Below, one piece after another: positions 16,438 to 24,940 of a DNA stretch of 64,000 nt. The notes under the pieces were generated by a model. It ran no database searches, was not told the DNA's origin, and was given only the letters and a program-made list of their open reading frames with translations. This DNA is from a virus, in IMG/VR virus record IMGVR_UViG_3300048590_000360, positions 1 to 64,000 of that record. One strand, written 5' to 3'. The translations under genes were made by a program, and so were the position numbers. Each line of letters begins with the position of its first letter. Position 1 is the first letter of the stretch.

Positions 16438-19400
16438 TTACGTATTCATCTCTGATGGTTCATATCTAATAGCAGCAGCGAAAAGTTTTTGTTCACCTTC
16501 TGTTGTGCTTTGTAACGTCACTGTAATAGAGTGACACCTTATATCGTCTCCGTTAATTAGGGGTAAGTCTATGTTTGGTGTATTTGCGTCTTGGAGTAAA
16601 GATGCTTTGTGGACACCCTCAAAGGTTTCAAAATCTTCACCAATTAGAGAACTACTTTGACCGAATTGATTTTCAATAAGTGGACATTCCCATACTTCAG
16701 ACGATTCTACCAATATATTCTTAAAGAATTTAATGATTGTAGGATTGTCATTGAACACTACTGTAATAGAAGATGGGGTAAATTGTCCCCTGAATGTATT
16801 AGGTAAGCCCACTCCATGCTTGTATAGTCTCCCGTTCCAGAATGAAATATAAGTTGAAGGTATGTTTTGTAATTGTTCACTATCATAAGAATATGATGTA
16901 GTCCACCGGTTTTTAGATTCACTGAATGTTATTGTAATACCGTCAATATCTTTAATTGCATTTGATAACGATACGTTTACTTGTGACGGACGAACACCTT
17001 CTGGACGTGTACTATTGTCAGTGGTAATTTGTATCTGTTTGTATATAGGTTCAAAGGATAGAATATATTCCTTCCTTTCACTAACGTATACGCCATGCAC
17101 ATAGAATTTCCTTCCAGAAGATACCCTGTCATTGAATACCTTGTTAAATAATGCTGACATAAGGTAACTATTCTGTACAGCATCATGGTTAGAATCTATT
17201 CTTTCTATCCCAGAATTAAAGTTCATTCTTAGCACGGCACCCCTATTGGCATCTGTGAAGTATATATTTGCACCGTACTGCGCGAATGATTCAGGGTTGG
17301 TGCTGATACCGTATTCTAATCCATAGTAATTCATTTTAGAAATCACTGTAAGTTCTGAACTTATATCTCCTACTACGCCCCCAGAAGCAGAAAATAAAAC
17401 ATCCTTATTCACCAATGCAAAGCCAACCTTATTTTCTTGGAATATTACTACACGTTCCCCTTGTGAGTATGCTTTCTGAATGTGGCCATAAGCATGATTG
17501 AAAGTCTTAGTACTTTCTGGGAAGAAGTTACTAAGTCCATCAATTTGTGTTTCTGGAATGTATAGTTCGCTCCAATATACAGTTACGGGTCTATGGATTT
17601 TTCTTAATAATTTATCTACATTATTTCCACGTCCTTTACTCCATACGTTTGAAGTATAAAAGTCTGATTGGGAAAAATCTTCGACAAGGTAGTCCAATGG
17701 GTCTGTGAACCCGATTGCCAAATAATTATATCTTCTTGGCCTAATCCATATATCACCGTCATAGATATCAATAATTGCCGGTTGTAATGCAGTCTGATTC
17801 TGTAATGAACCTTTGTGTAATCCGTTTTCAATTTTATATGTGTTTCCTATTTCGTAATATAGTTGGTTTTCTGATACCTTTTTTGGCGTGTAAATTTCAA
17901 CCATGTTTCCAATAGTAATCTTCATGGTATTTGTTTCGTCTGCTGCCACGGTAATTTCTGAAGTACTTTCATCGAAAGAAAGTATTTCATATTCATAGAA
18001 TGATGAATACACTTGTCCTGTAGAAGATGTCGGATTAAACCATACAGATCGAATCTTATCACCTTTAGTATATGTGTAGGATAATAGTGGCCGGGAATCA
18101 TAAGCATCATTAAACTGTTGCAAGGTGCCTATGAATATTTTGTATCTATTATTGGCCTGTGCTGTAACTGTACCAACTCTCGTCCATACAAACCTTGCTG
18201 TTTGATTGTTCCCTGCATATACTGGCGCGTAATGTGTCGCCCATTCTGGAGGTGAATGGTGAAGTTCCATACGAATGAAGTTCCTTCCGATGGTACCTAT
18301 TTCTGTCGGGAATGGGGCATATGGCATAAAACTACGGTTGGTCTGTACCTTCCCATATCTTCCTGCATAATCGTAATACACTAATCCTACAGGGTGCGTG
18401 GAACCTGACTTAAAGGAAGGGGATACTCTTACCCGTGACGATGTGTTGTTGACGTTTACCTGGGTAACTATTGATTCGGTGTAATTAAGTGGGTATATAG
18501 ATGTAACAGGGTCTGATGTATTGATTATCGTTTTAATGATTATTCCATATCCTGAAGTAAACGGTACAGCTTGGCAAGAAATTACAGATGAGGTACCAAA
18601 CACGGAACCAGTTAGTATTTTAGGCAGTAATGTAGAATCCGTATTTAGTTTGTTGATGATGTTACTGATTAACAATCCTAAGTTTGGGAATGTTTCTTCG
18701 GATGAAGTAACAATGTGCGTATATTTAACTGTTATGTCTTTTGTTTTGTAAACATTCGCTGCACTTGGAGTCTCAATGTTTAGATACTTAATTTCTAACT
18801 TAAATTGAATATCAATAAGGTCGTTTTCAAAGAATGTTCCAGAGAAGTAAATATCTAAGTCTGAAATTTTTTGACCGTTAAGTCCTGAAGGTATGCCTCC
18901 TATTACATCTATTGTCGTAGAATCGGTGTTCTTTGTGTATAATGGTGTGTCCCCTGATACTTGGTCTATGTTACTTATTCGTTCACCGGAACCGTATATT
19001 CTACCTTGTTCAATATTGAACTGTTGGTCGTCAAGTGATATAATACTTGCGAAGGAACTTCCTAAGTCAATATTATCAAAACCTTCAGTAATATTAAAGT
19101 AACCTAACCTTTGCCCGTCTAACAGGCATTGTTCCTTTGCAAGTAACGGTACAAAGTCATAGGGTTTATTTACCTCTGTTTGGGAAAGTAAAGTTAAAGT
19201 CCGGTCATTGTAGAAGGGATATGTGTATGTTGAAAAATCTATTGGGGCAATACCGTCAACCCATGTAGAAGAATCATCTTTATTAATGGTATCCACCAGG
19301 TAAAAGTCTCCAGAGTTACCATACCTAACACACACATTTATCTTTCTTATCGCTGAGTCACCTGTTTCAAAGGTAATGTTCAATACATTGTTCTGATAGT

Positions 19401-20082
19401 TGTTATATGTGGCGTTGATTCTGTCATAGGAATCTGTTAGCGGTGGCGCGGATACTTTAGATATAGTAGAATATGCAGACCTTTTATTGTCCCAATCGAC
19501 GAATTGTGTCCTGAATTGAAATACATTACCTTTTAAGTTGTTGAATTTCTTTGACGAATCCGAATCATAGTTAAGTGATGGGGGTAATACCGGTTGTGGG
19601 ACAATATTGTTTATGTATCTTTCGGTAAGTAATGAGGGATACATCCCTGACTTGGCTCGTTGAATATTAATACATCTTGGATGCCCGTTCCCATCAGTGA
19701 AATATAATAGACCATTAAGAACAAAAGGTGTAACAATAAGGTAGTCAAGATTAAAGTTTAGAACTTTAGATTCAATGAGTATTGTAATGTCATTAAGCAC
19801 AACGTCATATTCAAATATTGAATGTTTGGCGTTTGAATTGTAAAGGAAGTAGTAAACTTTGTTGTTTATATCATCAAGGCATGAGCCGATAACCTTATTA
19901 GCTCCAGATGGTAGTACGGTATCAATTAATAGGTCGCCATTAACATGTTGGACTGTTCCAACAGCTTTGTCCTGATTACCTGAGTTTTCAATATTGACTG
20001 CGAACCTATAGTCACCTTGTTTTACGGTTCTATCATCTGAATCGGAGTCCATTCCTCCAAAGAATATCCTTTTCTCTAACAT
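16438..20082 (-). CDS. large virion structural protein (tail/baseplate/fibre-like), 1214 aa
   Basis: Long ORF. The ORF-track start 20115 is GTG inside a terminator hairpin. ATG 20082 (MLEKRIFFGG...) lies 4 nt after a TATCTTTG box. Confidence 0.75.
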   Translation of the reverse strand: MLEKRIFFGGMDSDSDDRTVKQGDYRFAVNIENSGNQDKAVGTVQHVNGDLLIDTVLPSGANKVIGSCLDDINNKVYYFLYNSNAKHSIFEYDVVLNDITILIESKVLNFNLDYLIVTPFVLNGLLYFTDGNGHPRCINIQRAKSGMYPSLLTERYINNIVPQPVLPPSLNYDSDSSKKFNNLKGNVFQFRTQFVDWDNKRSAYSTISKVSAPPLTDSYDRINATYNNYQNNVLNITFETGDSAIRKINVCVRYGNSGDFYLVDTINKDDSSTWVDGIAPIDFSTYTYPFYNDRTLTLLSQTEVNKPYDFVPLLAKEQCLLDGQRLGYFNITEGFDNIDLGSSFASIISLDDQQFNIEQGRIYGSGERISNIDQVSGDTPLYTKNTDSTTIDVIGGIPSGLNGQKISDLDIYFSGTFFENDLIDIQFKLEIKYLNIETPSAANVYKTKDITVKYTHIVTSSEETFPNLGLLISNIINKLNTDSTLLPKILTGSVFGTSSVISCQAVPFTSGYGIIIKTIINTSDPVTSIYPLNYTESIVTQVNVNNTSSRVRVSPSFKSGSTHPVGLVYYDYAGRYGKVQTNRSFMPYAPFPTEIGTIGRNFIRMELHHSPPEWATHYAPVYAGNNQTARFVWTRVGTVTAQANNRYKIFIGTLQQFNDAYDSRPLLSYTYTKGDKIRSVWFNPTSSTGQVYSSFYEYEILSFDESTSEITVAADETNTMKITIGNMVEIYTPKKVSENQLYYEIGNTYKIENGLHKGSLQNQTALQPAIIDIYDGDIWIRPRRYNYLAIGFTDPLDYLVEDFSQSDFYTSNVWSKGRGNNVDKLLRKIHRPVTVYWSELYIPETQIDGLSNFFPESTKTFNHAYGHIQKAYSQGERVVIFQENKVGFALVNKDVLFSASGGVVGDISSELTVISKMNYYGLEYGISTNPESFAQYGANIYFTDANRGAVLRMNFNSGIERIDSNHDAVQNSYLMSALFNKVFNDRVSSGRKFYVHGVYVSERKEYILSFEPIYKQIQITTDNSTRPEGVRPSQVNVSLSNAIKDIDGITITFSESKNRWTTSYSYDSEQLQNIPSTYISFWNGRLYKHGVGLPNTFRGQFTPSSITVVFNDNPTIIKFFKNILVESSEVWECPLIENQFGQSSSLIGEDFETFEGVHKASLLQDANTPNIDLPLINGDDIRCHSITVTLQSTTEGEQKLFAAAIRYEPSEMNT

Positions 20083-20086
20083 GAAA

Positions 20087-20094
20087 CAAAGATA
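20087..20094 (-). promoter_or_regulatory. -7 promoter box (rc TATCTTTG), 4 nt from ATG
   Basis: rc context TTTTTGTATCTTTGTTTCATG. Lies immediately downstream of terminator 20096..20122. Confidence 0.55.
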
Positions 20095-20095
20095 C

Positions 20096-20122
20096 AAAAA
20101 AAGGGTGGGAACCACCCCACCC
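20096..20122 (-). terminator. rho-independent terminator
   Basis: Stem gggtggg (20103-20109) / cccaccc (20116-20122). The minus-strand RNA is followed by U7. Confidence 0.7.
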
Positions 20123-20149
20123 TAATTTAAACCAAGGAAACCATAGAAA

Positions 20150-20368
20150 TTACACATAGGTACGTGTGGAGAAACACAAAAGTTTCGACGGATTGGAAAA
20201 ATCTTTGAATATTTTTTCTGCTTCAGTGTAGTTGTCTGCATAACAAGTGAATAATACCTGTTGAATTTTGAGATTGTTTTTGGCAGCGTATTCTTTACAT
20301 AGACTTAATTCAGATGCGTCTTTTACCTGTGTGCCAGACTTAATTAGGAAAGTAAATTTCTCAGCCAT
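20150..20368 (-). CDS. hypothetical protein (72 aa)
   Basis: The ORF-track TTG start 20383 was trimmed to ATG 20368 (MAEKFTFLIK...), 4 nt after a TATCTTTG box. Confidence 0.55.
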   Translation of the reverse strand: MAEKFTFLIKSGTQVKDASELSLCKEYAAKNNLKIQQVLFTCYADNYTEAEKIFKDFSNPSKLLCFSTRTYV

Positions 20369-20657
20369 GGAGCAAAGATACAAAGATTAATATTTGGCGA
20401 ACTTCTCTTTTTGTGAAGTGAATCTTTGATTCACCAGACTTGTCGGAAATTGTCATTGATCCGTTTTTGAAAGTGATATTCCCATTATCTAACGTCATGT
20501 GGTGTGTTTTTGTGGGTATTTCAGGAAAATGGTGAAGCATCTTTATTGCTGATTCAATTCCCATGGTTATGTCTTTAGGGTTTGGTTGTGGTATTTTTGC
20601 CCCTGTGCGCCATTTGTTGTAAGTCATCAATGTTAGTAAGGTTTCTTTCTTATTCAT
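20361..20657 (-). CDS. hypothetical protein
   Basis: 98-aa ORF with ATG start. Operon-like overlaps with both neighbours. Confidence 0.55.
   Translation of the reverse strand: MNKKETLLTLMTYNKWRTGAKIPQPNPKDITMGIESAIKMLHHFPEIPTKTHHMTLDNGNITFKNGSMTISDKSGESKIHFTKREVRQILIFVSLLHG
20373..20380 (-). promoter_or_regulatory. -7 promoter box (rc TATCTTTG), 4 nt from ATG
   Basis: rc context TTTGTATCTTTGCTCCATGG. Confidence 0.5.
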
Positions 20658-21267
20658 TATTTAGGTCAGTTAAGTTCATCCATGATATAATACCTGTATC
20701 AGATTTTCCCGTTTTAACATCGTCTAACGGATTCTTCTGTAGTCTCTGTAGTCTTGCTACTTCTTTTTTCTTTTTCTTGGCATATAGTGCTTCTAATTTC
20801 TTTTGCGCATCGGCTTTTTTTGCTAAGAATGTCTTTTGTGTTTGAATATTCCAATAGTACTGTTTGTAGGATTGCCATTCGGGTCTTGAATTGATATACC
20901 GGATAGCCCAATATGCCAATTCTTCAATCGAAATATTCAATTCAAATTGTAGTAATTTCTGAATCTGTTTAGCTACGTCAGGTTCAATCATAATCTCAAT
21001 CTTGTGAGTTCTTTTCTGGTTTATGCCTTGGTTCCATTTTTTCTGTGGACGGGGCATGAACATCCCTGTGAACTTTACTACTTTAGTGTAGTCAGTGTAT
21101 TCGTCCATTCCTTCAGGCAACCATTCGTAGTATGCTTTATTACTTTCGGGGAGTTGGGTATTGGTGAATTCTTCTAACATATCAGCACGTTTTCTCAGTG
21201 CGTCAACAACGTCCAACACATCATCCCTGAAAATAGGGACCTTAGACGGTTTTATTTTACGTCTCAT
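20650..21267 (-). CDS. hypothetical protein
   Basis: 205-aa ORF with ATG start and 4-nt overlaps on both sides. Confidence 0.65.
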   Translation of the reverse strand: MRRKIKPSKVPIFRDDVLDVVDALRKRADMLEEFTNTQLPESNKAYYEWLPEGMDEYTDYTKVVKFTGMFMPRPQKKWNQGINQKRTHKIEIMIEPDVAKQIQKLLQFELNISIEELAYWAIRYINSRPEWQSYKQYYWNIQTQKTFLAKKADAQKKLEALYAKKKKKEVARLQRLQKNPLDDVKTGKSDTGIISWMNLTDLNNE

Positions 21268-21455
21268 TTGGCGAAGTTATGGTTAATTATCTTCCGGATA
21301 TACGTAGTGAATGTTTCTTCAGTTATGTTTGACTTCACCATTAATGATATTATTTTGAAATTTTTCTGGATGAATTCCTTTGCACGGGAAGGATTTGTGA
21401 TAGTAATTTCCCTTGTTGCAAGTCTGATGGCTTCTTTGAATGTGATTGGTTCCAT
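21264..21455 (-). CDS. hypothetical protein
   Basis: 63-aa ORF with ATG start, coupled to the downstream gene. Confidence 0.45.
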   Translation of the reverse strand: MEPITFKEAIRLATREITITNPSRAKEFIQKNFKIISLMVKSNITEETFTTYIRKIINHNFAK

Positions 21456-21477
21456 AGTTTATTGATTTAGTTATTGA

Positions 21478-21744
21478 TTACGGTAATTTACTTTTTAAGG
21501 TTTCAGTTTTATAGACTAATTCATACGGTGTTGTTGCCATTGGTTTACCTAGTATTGAATCACAACCTAAAGGTACGAAGGTTAATTGGTATGCAGAATC
21601 CGGACAGCATTGGCATGGTGTGATTGTCTGGGATGTTATTGGCGCGTGGGTAACTGTACATTCTTCCGTTGTATGGCGCGTATTAATCCAAATATGGCCT
21701 AATACTATAACAATAAGGAATAAGACTGCTGAAGTAGTTTTCAT
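21478..21744 (-). CDS. small secreted or membrane Cys-containing protein
   Basis: 88 aa. N-terminal signal-like MKTTSAVLFLIVIVLGHIW. Confidence 0.5.
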   Translation of the reverse strand: MKTTSAVLFLIVIVLGHIWINTRHTTEECTVTHAPITSQTITPCQCCPDSAYQLTFVPLGCDSILGKPMATTPYELVYKTETLKSKLP

Positions 21745-21974
21745 GATAATGGTAAGTTAGGTAACGGCATCCAATGAGTCACTCTATAATCATCATCAAC
21801 GTAGGCATCCCCGTCAAGTCCATCGTATGACTGCCCCCACAACCAATCTGATATATGATTATCTGGGACGTAACACCTTGCCATGATACGGATCTTATTA
21901 TCCACCACAGCTAATACATTAGTATTACCTTTGGGAAGGGAATGTTCTACGGGAATCCATTGATTATTTATCAT
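21741..21974 (-). CDS. DUF551-like protein
   Basis: WIPVEHSLPKG ... VLAV ... THWMPLPNLP matches the DUF551 pattern (match by eye only). Confidence 0.55.
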   Translation of the reverse strand: MINNQWIPVEHSLPKGNTNVLAVVDNKIRIMARCYVPDNHISDWLWGQSYDGLDGDAYVDDDYRVTHWMPLPNLPLS

Positions 21975-21975
21975 T

Positions 21976-22263
21976 TCACTTCTGATTTACATTTGGCCTG
22001 CGCCCAACCACGGCCCCATCTTCTGGGGTGTAGAAGGTAGTCATCACCCATTCAGGGTTGTCGAAACCTACTTGTACCGGTGGACGTTCACTCCACCTAA
22101 TGGATGGGTCTTGCTGCTTCGCTGCGTAGTACTTCGTGAGTAGCTTAGAAGCCCTTAGTGTATTCGTGCCGCAGATTTCCGCTAACCGCTTTTGGCTTAA
22201 ATCCGGGCAGTCGGTGTGCAACCTCACCAGTTGCTTCGTTAGAATTATCGCTGATTCGCTCAT
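21976..22263 (-). CDS. hypothetical protein, possible HTH
   Basis: The ORF-track start 22302 is TTG, so I used ATG 22263 (MSESAIILTKQLV...). The segment SQKRLAEICGTNTLRASKLL is HTH-like. Confidence 0.45.
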   Translation of the reverse strand: MSESAIILTKQLVRLHTDCPDLSQKRLAEICGTNTLRASKLLTKYYAAKQQDPSIRWSERPPVQVGFDNPEWVMTTFYTPEDGAVVGRRPNVNQK

Positions 22264-22304
22264 TTTGATTGGTATTAAAAGGCCGCATCCCGTTATAAGC
22301 AATG

Positions 22305-22496
22305 TTAAAGGTGGTCAACCTCAAGTTTTTGCCAAGTTTTACCATCGGTAGTAAACTCATTCTTGCACAAATCATAAACTACCATTCCGACATCAGGATT
22401 AAAATGATTCTCAGTGTCAAACCAAGCTGTTAGGAATGGCAACTTTACTTTGGTTGTAATTAAGTATCTCATAATCAAAAACACTGCTGCCAACAT
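22305..22496 (-). CDS. hypothetical protein
   Basis: 63-aa ORF with ATG start. Confidence 0.45.
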   Translation of the reverse strand: MLAAVFLIMRYLITTKVKLPFLTAWFDTENHFNPDVGMVVYDLCKNEFTTDGKTWQKLEVDHL

Positions 22497-22547
22497 TCGT
22501 TTACCGCAAGTGGGGGTGACAGCGTTAAACCCACTTGCAGTTTTTCA

Positions 22548-22595
22548 ATTTAACTTTCGGTTCGGCAACTTCGCCAAGCTGCAAAACGTTTAGCC
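22548..22595. repeat. attC-like structured repeat (outlier copy)
   Basis: Ends atttAAC ... GTTTAGCC. rc reads GCATTGGCTAAACGTTTTGC..., homologous to the 50663 element end GCATTACGCCTAACGTTTTGC. The distal end shares AGTTAAATTGAAAAACT with the 26806-26822 and 49226-49240 regions. Confidence 0.4.
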
Positions 22596-22612
22596 AATGC
22601 CTCCGGCACGGT

Positions 22613-22849
22613 TCATTGGTTCACGTTCAACCCTATCTCTGCAAGGTTAAGCATCTTATCCATAGCTCGCAGGCTCATCAACTGCATCGCTGCACGGTGT
22701 TCTTTTATGGCCACGTATAGAGTGTACAGTACCTCCCTTTCCACTGATGCCGTTCCATCGGCTAACTCCTTGCGAATAGCGACGTGCCATTCATTGAAGC
22801 TCACCTGCTCCGGCGGGTGAACTGTGGACTGGATTTTTAGTTTGCTCAT
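22613..22849 (-). CDS. hypothetical protein
   Basis: 78-aa ORF, the first gene after a long intergenic region. TAACTTTG box 26 nt upstream. Confidence 0.55.
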   Translation of the reverse strand: MSKLKIQSTVHPPEQVSFNEWHVAIRKELADGTASVEREVLYTLYVAIKEHRAAMQLMSLRAMDKMLNLAEIGLNVNQ

Positions 22850-22875
22850 AAAATGGTTTTGGCAGTGATACGCAC

Positions 22876-22883
22876 CAAAGTTA
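22876..22883 (-). promoter_or_regulatory. -7 promoter box (rc TAACTTTG) with upstream TTTG
   Basis: rc context TTTTTTTTGAAACTTTTTGAAACCTTTATAACTTTG. A TTTG lies about 21 nt upstream of the TA, which fits the Bacteroidota -33/-7 layout. Confidence 0.5.
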
Positions 22884-23277
22884 TAAAGGTTTCAAAAAGT
22901 TTCAAAAAAAATTAAAAAAAGTTCTTTTTTGAAATATCTTTTGGCGCGGATGAATTCAGGAACCAATTTTTCCCTTCGTCCTTTCTATGTACATCCATAG
23001 TGAAAACCCGACAAAAAACTGTGGATATATCTCAAAAAACGGTTTCTATATACCGGAACCATAGTAAGACGCGGATACTTTAACCAAACACACATAAAGC
23101 ATTGGTTTAAACATAACTTATACATCATCACTTAAAGTAATACTCAAACCAATACAACCCTTCGTCCTCTCCCATAGCACCTTTCACTATCACCTTTCAA
23201 CGTCCCCTGTTCATCAGTTATCGTTTAACGGTTGTGTGTGTATTATTTGTATGTGTATCTTTCATAAGATAAGGCAC

Positions 23278-23305
23278 AAAAAAAAGGCTCCCCTTTCTGG
23301 GAACC
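23278..23305 (-). terminator. rho-independent terminator after radC-like gene
   Basis: Minus-strand RNA GGUUCCC AGAAAG GGGAGCC (one G-U pair) followed by U8. Confidence 0.65.
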
Positions 23306-23329
23306 TTGGCGCGGGGAATATGACGCGTG

Positions 23330-23776
23330 TTATAACACTCCGTGATCAGCGAATGAGTAATAAGCCTCTGCCGTTAATATACAATGGTCAATAACTTGCA
23401 CATCAAACAGATTTAGTGCATCTTTTATCTTTCTGGTTATTTGAATGTCCTGTTCCGACGGTTTCAAATTGCCAGATGGATGGTTATGCGCAATAATAAC
23501 GGCAGCGGCCAAGGAATCTAATGAGAATTTAGCAATTAGTTTGATGTCGACAACGGTTCCATAGCATCCTCCTTGTGAAATTTTAACATAACCGGTGACG
23601 TTGTTGGCGCGGTTTAAAGTAATTAAAAAGAAACTTTCATACACGTCTATATCACAGCCCCAAAACTGGCGCATAAATTCGACACTATCCAAAGACCTGG
23701 TAATTTTTACTGAATTCATGTCCGTGGTTACTTTTTGAAGTTTGAATTCTGAAATGGTTTTTTTAAATGGTTTCAT
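23330..23776 (-). CDS. radC: RadC-like JAB/MPN domain protein
   Basis: 148 aa with the signature AAVIIAHNHPSGNLKPSEQDIQITRKI (the HNHPSG...PS..D motif of the RadC/JAMM family). Confidence 0.85.
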   Translation of the reverse strand: MKPFKKTISEFKLQKVTTDMNSVKITRSLDSVEFMRQFWGCDIDVYESFFLITLNRANNVTGYVKISQGGCYGTVVDIKLIAKFSLDSLAAAVIIAHNHPSGNLKPSEQDIQITRKIKDALNLFDVQVIDHCILTAEAYYSFADHGVL

Positions 23777-23886
23777 GGTTTCTAATTTTTAAAGTTTGTT
23801 TATTAAAACTGCGATTCCTAAGAAAAGGAGCCCAAAGCATGTAAGAATAGCGCAGAGCACCAGGAATGAAATTAATCGGCGCATGG

Positions 23887-24537
23887 CTAACAAACAAATT
23901 GATTTGATGCACCAGACATTCCAACATTTTTAGCAAATGGCGCATTATTCCATTTATCAAAATCAAACTGGGATATTCTTTCGGCATCTGCAATAGATAC
24001 GTGAATATTAAATCTATTGCAGCTCAAGTCCGGATGAAAGAGCTCATATACATTCCCATCTTCGGATTTAGCGAATACATAACATTTACCGGTAGCATAT
24101 AGCAGTTTTGCGTCTTCGATAGATATTTTTAATGTATTTGCCAGTGTTTCAGGGGAAAATTCTTCTCCTTCAGGGATTTCAACGTGGTTTTCGTGGATTG
24201 AATAAACTCCTAATTTTTTAGCAGCCTTTAACCGTATGGCGCGTGCTTTGTTATTCCTTTTTATTTCCCTTCTATTTTTTAAGGACTCCTTCTTCCGGAC
24301 CGCAAGTTCTTTTAATTTTTCCTTAAGCATAGCAGGAGTAACGGTAATCTCTATCATTTCGTGCCGGATGGAACTATTATATTTGGTTCCCCTACCTTGG
24401 TACCATTGCCTGTCATCGAAGAAGAAAATACTCCCGTCAGGCATTAAAATGCGTTGGGTACCTTTCATTTTTAGCGTGTAAGTTTTTTTAAAGTTCTCTT
24501 CAACAAATTGTCTGGTTATTTCTGTTCTATTTTTCAT
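23887..24537 (-). CDS. hypothetical protein
   Basis: 216-aa ORF with ATG start in the conserved context AGAAACCATGAAA. Confidence 0.65.
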   Translation of the reverse strand: MKNRTEITRQFVEENFKKTYTLKMKGTQRILMPDGSIFFFDDRQWYQGRGTKYNSSIRHEMIEITVTPAMLKEKLKELAVRKKESLKNRREIKRNNKARAIRLKAAKKLGVYSIHENHVEIPEGEEFSPETLANTLKISIEDAKLLYATGKCYVFAKSEDGNVYELFHPDLSCNRFNIHVSIADAERISQFDFDKWNNAPFAKNVGMSGASNQFVC

Positions 24538-24859
24538 GGTTTCTTGGTTTTTAAAGGTTAATTAAATTTATAAACATAACATTTCATCTCCATCGCCAGC
24601 ATCCAGCGGACACCGTAAATCTTTTTTGGTTTCATGGTTTCTATTTTTTAGTTTTGGTTTATAGTACATATACGCCATCATCTCATAAATAGTTTCAAAA
24701 AAAATAAAAAAAACTTAAAAAACTTTCAGGTATCTAAAACTCAAGCGCAAAAACTTGGCGCGTGAACAACAAATAACATTACACACCAGGTAAAAAACAA
24801 AACAGTAAGACAAAACACATATAAATATATCTTTCCTTCAGTTCCTTTCACCAGGTCAT

Positions 24860-24940
24860 TTCCTTCGGTGTCCTTCCTTCGGTGTCCTTCCTTCGGTGTC
24901 CTTCCTTCGGTGTCCTTCCTTCGGTGTCCTTCCTTCGGTG
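24860..24940. repeat. 14-bp tandem repeat, 5.8 copies (ttccttcggtgtcc), iteron-like
   Basis: Exact units at 24860, 24874, 24888, 24902 and 24916, plus a partial unit at 24930. Degenerate copies lie just upstream (24831-24859). Confidence 0.9.

Noticed and set aside
24860-24940. CRISPR array
   Set aside because: The 14-bp units are directly adjacent with no spacers, and the unit is far shorter than CRISPR repeats. The attC-like elements are not identical repeats and are separated by genes rather than spacers.
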